Below, in pieces: positions 9,935 through 21,900 of a DNA stretch of 26,593 bases. A model generated the notes under the pieces. The model saw only the letters and a list, made by a program, of their open reading frames with translations. It had not been told where the DNA came from and did not search any database. This DNA is from a virus (taxonomy: Duplodnaviria > Caudoviricetes), in IMG/VR virus record IMGVR_UViG_3300030095_004779, positions 1 through 26,593 of that record; one strand, 5' to 3'. The stretch's first letter is position 1; each line of letters starts with the position of its first letter. A program made the position numbers and the translations under genes.

Positions 9935-9947
9935 AATGATATATGTA

Positions 9948-12900
9948 CTAATAATTTCCAATTTGCTTATAACTCTTATATTTAAGAGGAGCATTTCTTT
10001 CTATTATTGTAGAAGTAGTAATTCCTGTTACACCTCCTTCAGTGTAAGCAGTATAAGAATTCAATCCTGCTCTTGAGGAAAGATCAATTCTTCCCCAACT
10101 ATAAGTTCCGTAGAAATTAGATGATTGAATTCCAGTTCCTCCCCATGAGAAATCGCTGGTTATAGTAGCAAATACTCTAGCACAATAAGTGGTTCCTATT
10201 CCTACTCCCGCAGAATTAGTACCAGATGGAGTATTAACTATTTCAAAATTAGCAACTGAGTATACATTATCTATAAATGATGTTCCTACACCAACAGTAT
10301 TACTACCACTATCTACCGAGGTAATTGAAGTAGTAGCATCACCCACATTAGAACCAGTAACAACAAATATATCATTAGTTCCAATTCCACTCATCGTAAT
10401 AGCGGTTCCTGTAAGACCAGATATTCTTAAGAATGAATCCTCAGGAATATAGAAATCAAAGATCATTTGATCCTTAGTAGAAATAGTTGTAGTACCAAAA
10501 CCAACGATAACTCCTTGATCTCCACTATAAGAACTTACACTATTAACTTCCGATACAAAAGTTGGAGGACTGATAAGAACTGAAGGTACATTAGTCGAAG
10601 TATACCCCACACCAGGACTTGTAATAGCAATTCCTGTTACAGTTCCCGCAGCACCAATAATTACTGAACCAAATGCTTGAGTCGTAGTAGCAATACCTAC
10701 GGTAGAAGCAAAACTAACTACTGCAGTCGTGTATCCTACTCCACCATCAGTAATATCCACGGAAGAAATAGTTCCAGCAGCAGATACAATAGCGGTTCCA
10801 GCAGCACCAACCTTTACACCCTGATTAAAGAATTTAACTTTCTTCTGGAATCCAAGATCATCACTATCTTCTCTTTCATTAAATGGATTGAAAATAGGTC
10901 TCAATGAATCAACATATACAGTGGTCGATCCAATGCCAACTGTTTTAGTAATATATCCAAATGGTGTTATCTGAGGTTCATATAATTCTCTATCCTTCCC
11001 AACTGGTTTTTCATTAATAATTTTATCTTCTGTTTGACGACACCATACCACTGGACGTTCTAGACTTTCATTTGCTGTATTACCAGGACCATAATAAGGA
11101 TTCGTACTAACGATATCAGTAGAATCTACACTTAAAGTAATTCTTTTCTTCTCTTGAAGATAAGATGCTTGAGGGTAATTACTTTCAATAGTTAAACTAT
11201 CTCCAGTTTTAACAGTTTCAATAACATCTCTATCAGTAACATCACTATCACCACTTCCTTTATAGAAGATAACTTTTGAAGTGTCACCTTCCTTAGGTGC
11301 TTCAGTAAAGGTAACTAGACTACCACCATTGAATTTATATCCCTTTCCAGGAACCTGTAATATATCATTAATAAAGATAAGAAGAACATCTTCTACATTG
11401 ATATTTGATCCTTTACCAGCTCTAATAGAGAGTAATTCACCTGCGTCTTTTAATGCGAAAGTAGTTGTTGATCCATCAAAATCTCCATCCCAATTCTCAA
11501 GCATTTTTAGAATGCCAAGAGACCAACCAGTAAATTCATCATTAAATATTTCATTAATTTCTACAAGAAATTCTTTATAACTGGAGGTAGTTGGAATACC
11601 TGTTGTACCACCAACAGGAACTGTTAAGTTTTCGCCGTTACCATAACCATATCCAGTTTCTTGAACTGTAAAGGATACAATACTTGATCCTTGTCCAACT
11701 ACAACATCAATTGTTGCAGCAGTTCCTAATCCTGAAGAATTAGAAGCATATTCTAAAGCAAGATTAGAATAGGATTCTGGGTCATCAAATATAACATCCA
11801 ATGGTTTTTCTAATCTTCCACCTCTATTATAATAATGTGCTAAAGTCGATATACCAGTATTAGTGATAAATGTCTTGTCATCAATAACATCTAATACAGT
11901 AGCACTATTTGCTGCAGGATCTGTCTTACTAGAAGAATTATTATTTGCTCTAGGAGCAACAATTGCTCCTTGAACGGATCCTAATCCCACATAGAAAGTA
12001 GGAACAGTAGAAACTCCAATATTAACTTCAAATTCAGTAGTACTGTTAACTGCACTGATTGCTACTCCACCATAATAAGGATCAGGTTTTCTAGGATATT
12101 TGTGTTGAGTAGAATTGCCATCCTTAGTACAAGTAAAGATCAACGAGTCAGTTGCTATCTTAATACCTTCTCCTGTAGTTACACTGTGTCCAGCACCAAT
12201 AGTCAATACCATTTCTCCCGTTGATGCATTATAAGTAGCAGCACTAGGAGTGTAATTAATAAGAGTTGAAATACCTACATTAATAGTGAATGAATTAGCA
12301 CTTGTACTCGCAATTCCCACGGTTGTACTTCCTGCAATAGGATCAGTAGAACGTGGATAAGTATGTAATGAAGCATAATCATCCATCGCACAACGGAACG
12401 TTATGCCGTCTGTAGCAACGCCAATTGTATTGCTAGTAGTAAGTCCATGATTTGCTGCTGTGAACGTTACAACCCCACTAGAGGCATGATAAGTGGCATT
12501 TGTAGGAGTAATAGCAGTTGTCCATCCAGTAACACTAATAGAACTGGTAGCAGCACTTACAAACTGATGAGCATAATCACCACCAGTAATAATAGAACTA
12601 GTAGCAGCACTCACAAATGAATGAGAGAATTGATCCGCAGGTCCACCATAACCAACATTAACAGTAATAGTAGTATTAGTAGTAGCAGCAACTGAGACTG
12701 AGGTATTATATGCTAAGTCTTGACCTCTTGGATAATAATGTGTAGTAGCACCACCATCTATACCACAAGTAAATGCCAATCCAGTAAATACTACGACACT
12801 TGTTTTGCCACTTGTTTTATAACCATGAGCTGATGGTGTAGTAACTGTCATAATACCTGTGACAGAATTATATGCGGCAGTCGTGATACCTAAACGTGGA

Positions 12901-15900
12901 GAATAATCACAAGTAAAGGCAATACCAGAAAGACTTACTTCATTTCCTAAAGATAATCCATGATTTGTTGCAGTTGTTACTGTAGTAACCCCTGTCATTG
13001 AATTATATCCTACATTAGCAATAGTCCTTGGTTTATAGAAAACATGAGGATTGGTTACTGCAGTTCCTGTAATATAACCTCCATCAATTGTAGCAGTACC
13101 AATAGCAACAATATTAGTTCCAGTTAAATCTTCTTGTTGAATAGAAACATTTACTGTTTGTATACCTGATCTATAACCAGAACCAGTGTTACCAATACTA
13201 ATAGAACTTACAGTTCCAGAAGCACCTACAATTGCTGTTCCACCAGCAGCAACTAGGGGTTGATATCCCAGTCCTTCACTAGAACCAACAGAAACAATTA
13301 TTCCACCAAGAGGAAGATTAGAACTATTTGGATCTGAACTAATGGAAGTAGCAGTTCCTGTAAAACTAATAGAAGAAATACCCGAAGATTCGGAAATGGT
13401 ATACTCATAACTGCTTCCACTTGCTTGATATATGTCATTAACTAAAATAACAGAATCAGTTTGTATTCCACTAACATTAGAACCATCAGATTTTAATCTA
13501 AATGTTCTATTAATTCCATTAAATTGGTCAGAAATACTATCAAAAACATAATTTTCTGAATAAGTTTCATTTGAACCATCTATTTCACCAGAACGCATAA
13601 ATGTTCTTCCATCGAAATGAGAACCTGTTGCTATTCCCACCCAATCTCTAGAATCTGGTGGATTGGTAGTACTACTTAAAGGAACATTTCCATAAGGTGC
13701 TTCAGTAAATGTTAATAAGTTATTTGTAATATTATAATTACCAATAATCTTAGTAACTTTAGTATCTGTAGCATGACCAGATAATACAGTTCCTAACCAT
13801 TCTCTTCTTACTCTTATGAAATTGGTGCTACCTATTCCAACACCTTCAATTTTCATAATCTCATCATTAATTTTAATTAAATCAGCACCAAAGAACGAAG
13901 TAATTCCACTAAACTCAATAAGATTATCCGTGGGATGTACATAATCAGCAAGAGTAGTTGTGACTGCTGTAGATACTACAGGAGACTGAATTATATTATC
14001 AAGAGTTAAGAGTGCTTTAGCATTTTGATTAGTTGAAACAAATCTATGAGAAGTTCCTATACCCACACTTGTAATATCTAAAGCAGTTGGAACAATACTT
14101 AATGCATCTTGAGCACTTCTTGCTAATTTAATAGCATCTTCACTAATTTTAACTACATAAACATCTGAAGGAACTTTATCCGTTGTTCCTATTCCTACAA
14201 AGGAAGTTGAAGCAATACCAATTGCCATTGTAGACCCACTACCCGAATGACTATAAGTAATCTTTTCGCCAGTTACAAAGAAGTGATTAGGAATTGTGAT
14301 AGTATCCGCAGAAACACTTACAATATTAGCATCATTACATAAAACATATCTTTCAAAGATATTATAAGTATCATGAGTCAAATTAAATGATCTCTTAATA
14401 TCTCTTTCCGTTCCATAATATTCACCAAATCCACTATTAATAGTAGCATTAGTAAAGTTAATAGAATCCTTTGCCCCAACCACTTGTTTAACGGCATTCA
14501 TATAAACTTTAACATCAACAGCAATACTTGCTAATGGTGTAAAGGTTAATGATACAATACCATCACTATCAATTATACTACCAATAGTGCCTAATCCTGC
14601 CCCCACAGACTCTATAACGCCCCATTCGGTGTCATAGGTGGTAACAGTCGTTGCAGGGTCTGATACGTGATTATCCGCAACTAAAACCTCAGAAACTTGA
14701 TATCTATCATTTGTAGTGTCTGTTACCTGTACCACAAAATATCCAGCATCATAATCATTATCATATTGACTTACGGTAGTAAAACCAGGAGTTCCAGAAG
14801 CAGAAATACTTGTTGCTCTGGCATCAACTTTTGCATGATTCATAAAGATGGTTCCAATACCTGATGATGTTGCAGCAAGGGCAACTTGAATGGTATTAAC
14901 AGCACATGTTGTGCCTATACTTGAATTAGGAACAAAATCAACTTTTAAATCTGCACCAGAAATATATGGATGGAAAGTTCCAAATCCAGAACCAGAATAA
15001 CTTCCTAAAGTTGTAGTTAACTCACCATACTCCATCAAATCTACATTTGTTCCATCATGTAATACAGTAAATTCAGTTGATGCAAATTCACTCATATCAT
15101 CAATATCTGGGGTGATTTCAACTAACACTCTAAGTGAACGATAGGTGCTTGCTATTCCTACAACATTGGTAGTAGTTCCACTGGGAACATTAACACTGGA
15201 AGTATTAATAATAGCAACATCACTGAGAGCAGTGCTTCCTATTCCAAGATAAGTATCATTTAAATTATACGAAATAGCAGTAATATCATAATCATTTACA
15301 GTTGCCCTATTAGGATAGAATAATAACTGACCATCAGATCCACTTGCTGAGAAATCAAAAGATCCTTGATCATAGGAAGTTTCAACTCTTCCATATTGAT
15401 TAATATATCCAACGGAGCTGTCATGTAAAAGAGACACCATCATTAGTTGACGTTGCTGAGTATATCTCTTATCAGTAATGAAAGTAATATACTTAAGGAA
15501 TCTACTATCATCTAAAACAAAAGTATCTACCACACTAAATTTTGTTGCTCGTGGATTGCTATTAAATGATCCACTCATATCATCAATAGATAGAACCCTA
15601 TTACCTACAGATTCTGAGTAATCCATTAATATTCTACTAGAGAATATTATTTCATTAGAGAAAACTTGGGATCCAATATTACGAGAATTTTCAGTAACTA
15701 AATCAAAATCATAAACACAATTTAAATCACCAAAACCTACCACATCCGTAACTATCTCTACTGATGTGGTAGCAGTAGTTAATCCTACTCTTAAGGTTTC
15801 AGGATTACTTAAAGTAGTTTCTAATTGATAGTCTGAGAATTTTTTAAATCCTAATGTATGATTTAATGTACCTACTACATCATTCCAAGTATTTTCTGCT

Positions 15901-18900
15901 ACTCTAGATCTTACAGCATAAGAGAAAGTTTGATAATATAAACTATCCTGCAATCTCTGCATATTATAATTAAGAACTCCCGAATCAGTTTCCCATCCTT
16001 TTTCTACTCTAGAAGTTGATCCAAGTTCTATATCAGAATCAAATGATCTTATAGAAGAAGCAACTCCTTGTGTAGTTGAAGTATTTCCTTTAAGGGTATC
16101 CCCAACTATAAAATTATTATTAGCAGATACTTTAAGTATTTGATTTGAAGAATCCCATGATTCAACTGTACCTGAAGCAGATTTAGATGTTACTATTTCT
16201 CCAGGTTCAAACTCATTTGATCCTAAAGTTATACCAAATGTTGGGAAATATTTCTCAGGAATAATTCTTCCTGCGGAATTGTTAGGATCAAAAGTTCCTG
16301 GGAAAGTTCCGTTATCAGGAAACTCAGCAGACATACTATAAGCAATCGTTGCACCAATTCCACCAAGATTAGCATCAACCGCATTTACAGTAAATAACTT
16401 ATAATCATGATCAGCAGAATTATATCCCTTACCCGTAGATCCAATACCAATACTTACATTTTCAATCATTATCTTATCACCCACAACAAATGGGAAGATA
16501 TTAGCAGTACTAAATCCTATTGATAATGAAACAAACGCATCCTTAGTAGTAGTATTAAATCCAACTGTACTAATTCCAACTCCATTACTATTTTCATGAG
16601 GAATTAATGTTGGAGGATAAGATTTACTTAATCCTGTAGGATTTTTCAAAATAGTTACATTCGTATCTCCTAAAGAATATTCTAAATCACCGTCAGTAAT
16701 AATTTTTTTAGTTCTTCCGTCACGGACAAGAAGTTTCGGTGCTACTCCATATCCACGACCACCTGATGTTATACCAATAAATTCAAAAGAAGCAAGAGAC
16801 TGTACATCAATAACTTGAGGTAATAATGCACTTGGTTCTAAGGTAGAATCTGATGGGAATGTATATCCAATATCTTCAATCTTAGTGGTTTTAATCTTTC
16901 CTATTGAAAAACCAGATGGTTCCGCAATAGCTCCACTACCTACCGAAGAAACAATCGTTGTAATACCAGGAAGAGAGTAATAATTTCTACCTCCACTTAT
17001 TACATTAAATGCGGAAATACTTCCATAAGCACTTGTAGAAGAAGTTTCATATTCTATATCAGAAGTAGTTCCTGCATAAGATACTCGTTCTGGTTCATTA
17101 GAAAGAGTATAGGTAAATGAAGTGGTAGAAGCAGTCGTAATAGTATGGTTTCCATTATAAACAGAAATTGTAGATATAATTTCATTATTAGTAATTACCT
17201 CTAAATCTACAACAATTTGTTTTTTAACTGTTGGAAGAGTAGACTCATAAATTGGATCTAAACGATAGTATAAGATTTCAGGGATATCATTTGCTACTTC
17301 TAGAGTTACTTTGGCATCTGCTGTTATTCCAACAGAACCAGTTCTAGTAACATTAAATCCAGTAGAACTTGAATCATTATTCCAGACATTTGTGAAATTT
17401 TTATCAGTATAGAAATTTAATTCAAAAGCAGAGTATTGGGTTCCTTGAATTGTATAAGATAAAGAAGAATCAGAAACATCAAAGGAAACTGTAGAATCTT
17501 TATATACTTTAATAGAAGGATTGATTGGATTGATTACACCTGCAGAAGTGCTGGTGATTCCAATAATAACGGGTTTGGATAATGTTGAATCATAATAAGT
17601 ATTAGATAATTTAAAGTTATTACTATCATTTTTTACAATATAATACTTTCCTTCATTGGATAAACCTTCAATAGGACTATCTGATGTGTAAATTACTTTT
17701 TGACCTGTTACAAAACCATGATCATTCATGGTAAAGGTATTCGTAGAAGTATTAACTCCAGAAGATGTAAATGACTTAGGAGTTAAAATAACTCTTCTAT
17801 TGAAATCATTATATTTTACTATGAATGAAGTAGAAATAGATGGATTTACATCAATAGCAACTTCATCATTATTAGTCAATCCATGCGAACTTGCAGTAGA
17901 TACTGTTATTAAATTACGTTTAGTAATCGCAGTAATAGGTTCATAATTTGTTTTTAAACTATGATAAACCCCAGTACCAATACCTGCTCCTACAGGATCA
18001 CTAGCAAAGAATAATGTACTAGAATTTTGATGTGTGCTGGCTATTCCTACAAAAGTTCCTGTTGTTCCTAACCCAACCCTAACTGTTGATAATCCAATTA
18101 AAGAATCACTTATTCTACCTACATATAAAGTTTGTCCATCAGTTAGAGTAGATATGCCAGAAGGATAAGTAGCACCTTCTTCTAAAACAACTAAACCAGA
18201 TCCAGTATTTGGAGAATATGTTAATTTATCTCCAGTATTTAAATCATGACCAGGAATATAAAGTGCTTTTGTCTGTATAAAGATTTCACTAATTCCAGCT
18301 CCAGGATTAGAGAAAGATAATGTGGATCCAATTCCCACTCCTGCAGTTGTACCCAATCCTACAGTCTCTGTAGGATTAAAATAAATTTGTCTATTTCTGT
18401 TTACGTCATAAGTAGTTTTAAACCCTGCGTTAATAGTTAATCTACGCTGATCTTGATAGAAAAATGAAGTAACTGTATGAGCAGCAGAAACAGTTCCATC
18501 AACTGCTCTTAATATTCTAAGTCTTGAACGACGTTTATCTACATTTAAAACTTTTACCCTTTCAGTACCTATTCCTAAAATATCATTAGAAGAAATTGAA
18601 GGGTAAGATAAATCCCCAATAACACTAACATAAGTAACTAATCCTGTTATCCCATCAGTACCAATACCAGAAGAAGTAGTTCCTACACCTGTTAATACAA
18701 AACGATTTGTTGTTACACCAATATTATAAGAACCACCTATTTTGGAAGAAGTAGTAGATAATCCACTAACACTAACAATATCTCTGTTTTTATAATTATG
18801 CGGATTATCAGAAGCAAGAATATACTCTCCTAAGTCGTCACTAGCGTAAACTTCTATTCCCGAAATAGAACTAGTAGCATAACTAACAGTTTCAACCGTT

Positions 18901-21900
18901 TTTCCACCAATAAGAGATACTGCTGCTTTTACCCCACTTCCAGAAGTACTTGTATTATCAAAAACTGCTTCATCATTAACTTGATATAAAATACCTCCTG
19001 TTTCTATGCCAATATTTTCAATTACTCCAGGAGTTACTGATTTAATATCAATAGTTTGAGAAAGTTTATTAGGTATGTAAACATAATCATATTCCTCATC
19101 ACCTTCTATTAAATTATAAGGTTGAGTATTCCTATTCCATCCAGAATTTTGTAATTCAAAAGAACTTTGATTTGAATCCTGTTTAAAATTATATTCATTA
19201 GGTATAGACTTAAAATTATCACCTATTAAATATGGAAATATTGGTTTTTTAAATCCATCAAAAGGACCACTACTTTCTACAGCACCTGAATCAATAGTAG
19301 TAAAGTATGCATATGTACCTTGAGGAAATTCTGGTGTTACGCAATATCTTCCGTTATTTTCATCAAGAATAGTTTCATCAGATACTTTTTTATAAGAAAA
19401 ATCTTCAACAAAAAATCCTTCAGGAAAAACAGTTGGAGAAGGTCTCTGACTACCCAATTCTATAGAATATCCCGATTTCATTTGGGTCACTATTCCACCA
19501 GATTTAGTAACATAACCATAAGGACCATAAATTGGATTTCCATCATATGCCCATCCAATAATAGGAGAGTGTTGATTAGAAGCAACTTCTAATCCATTAA
19601 CTATTTTTAAATCTCTACTTCCATATAAAGTTTGACCTTCTTGATTAGTAGCAAATACAGATTCTCTCAGTACTCTAGGTGCATATAAATGAGAATATGC
19701 AAGTCCCCGACCAGGAGTAAAGTCATGCGGAATATATCCATCATCGTTGCTTACATTATCAAAATTTTTCTGGAATAGATTAATTCTCCAATTCTGAATA
19801 ATTGGTCTTAAAGAAACTCCAGATCCTGCGGCATTAACTGTGATAGTAGTTGTTGATTGAGAATATGCTACCCCTCCATGAATAACTTTAACTGAAGTTA
19901 TCTCTCCATTTTCAAATAAAGGAGTAATAACTGCACCCTCACCATCACCTGCTATTGTTAGGATTGGAGAAGACTCATACTTTTTACCTTTATTTAAAAC
20001 TACAACTTCCGTAATAGATCCATTAGATACGATAGGAGTTAATTGAGCATCTTGTCCTGAAATTAAACTAACTTGAGGTTCTCTTAAAAAATTAATAATT
20101 TCAGAGGATCCATATCCAACACCTTGATTTGTAAGATGTACGGAAGTTATCTCTCCCTGAAATATTGGTTGAACTTTACATTCAAATGTTTCAGTTCCTG
20201 TAGATGCAATTCCAACTTCCCCTACTACCTTTACCGTAATATTAGGATAATTAAAGGTTTGAGTTCCTACACCAGATGAATTAAAATTTAGATACTGTTC
20301 AGTGTTGTAATAAAAATTCTTACCTGTGGAACCTACACCTACTTCAGATAATTTAAAAATATCATTATCAACTACAGTAACATAATATTCAGTATCTGTA
20401 GAAAGACCAGATATAGCAGTACCTGAAGACTCTACATAATTAATTATTTCTCCAGACTTATAATCATGATTATTAATAGTGATTTCATTAAGTGCTGTAT
20501 TTACTCCAACAGAACTTAAAACTGTTCTCTTCTTATTTTCATATCCAGATCCAGAATCAACAACTGTAATGGAGTCTACTATTCTTTTCTTATTAACAGT
20601 ATTGATAAACTGTTTTCCAACTCCAAAGGAAGTAAATTCAACTGTATTAATACCAGAAAGAGCATCTACTTGAGTAGGATACAACTTAACGGTGGTTAAA
20701 CCAACTAAAGAAACATAATATAAAGAATCTGTACCCAATCCACCAACATTGGTTTGCCCATCTGCCTTATAAACTACTTGCTCAAAATTACTAAATTTAT
20801 GATAAGTTCCAAATCCAATTTCATAAGAATTATAAGAAGTAGATCCTAAACCAATATCATCTATTGAATTAAAAGATATAGAATGGACTTTCTCCTTCAT
20901 ATTAACAGAAGATACTGCACCTATTCCATTCCCACCTTCAATTGTGACAGTAGGAGTATCTTGATAGTCAAATCCAGAATCTAATAATTTAATTTCTCTA
21001 AGTCTACCAGAAACAGCAACACATCCTGTAGCACCAGTTCCTACTGTATCTCTAATATTCAATTGAGGAGGATTTATTACATCATAATTCGATCCTGCTC
21101 TATCTACATTAATTTGATTTAATTTTCCATAATAAATGATATCCTTTGATTTGTAGTTACAGATTTCAACACCATTTATCAATATTCCAGTAAACCCTGG
21201 TTCCGTGGTAGTTACATTTCCATCATCTTCAGGAGGAGAGATTTCTCTTAAAAGTTGTTGAGATTCTAGAGTTTTAAATCTAAAATCATAAGGTGAAAAC
21301 TCACAATTAGTCGCATTTATTGCATTATCTAAAGAAATGTAAATTGAATTAAAAATATTAGTTCTACTAGTTGCTAATCTTATTTTATTTTCATCAATTC
21401 TCTCAACAAAGTATAATCCTTCATTAGGAGCAGTTCTATTATCAACAGATTGTCCATTATTAATACCAGTGACAATAAAACCAACATCACCCGCAAATAA
21501 TGAAGAAGTAACCTTTATACCAACCTTCTTAGAACCTTTATTATCAAAATAATTATAATTAACTTTCTCAGGTGTATAATAAACAGCATCTCCTGTATAG
21601 AATCCATGATCACCTACTGGTTTTATATTAAATTCTGATCCTTGGAAAGTACCAGTAAATTTAACTGTTTGAGAGTATACATTAATAGGTTGTGAGTTAT
21701 AAGTAGGAAGAGAAGCAGAAGAAACTAGAAGAGTATCATCTTTTTTGTAAACATTCTGTACATTAGTAGAATAAAGATTAGTCTTAGGGAAAGTATTGGA
21801 TTCTCCTGTTAATATATTACGTTTAATAGTATAAGTATCAGTAAGATCTATATTTCCTTGCCCATTTACTGTTATATTAGTAGAGGAATTAATATTAACA

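Noticed and set aside
9907-9947. Rho-independent terminator in the gp7-gp8 gap
   Set aside because: There is a T-run on the plus strand but no GC-rich stem. The gap is better explained by the late promoter and an A-rich leader.
12536-12625. 36-bp repeat pair as a DGR TR/VR pair or a CRISPR-like mini-array
   Set aside because: There are only two copies, both in frame within gp7. The mismatches are not confined to adenines of one template copy, the 18-bp spacer is coding, and there is no RT or cas gene in the window.
71-20673. All short plus-strand ORFs in the track (71-259, 3877-4083, 5800-6102, 8519-8719, 10189-10452, 10677-10907, 11281-11580, 17728-17946, 19320-19592, 20479-20673)
   Set aside because: Each lies wholly antisense to a long, motif-bearing minus-strand gene. 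They are at most 100 aa, mostly use non-ATG starts and have no recognisable motifs, so they are best explained as shadow ORFs.
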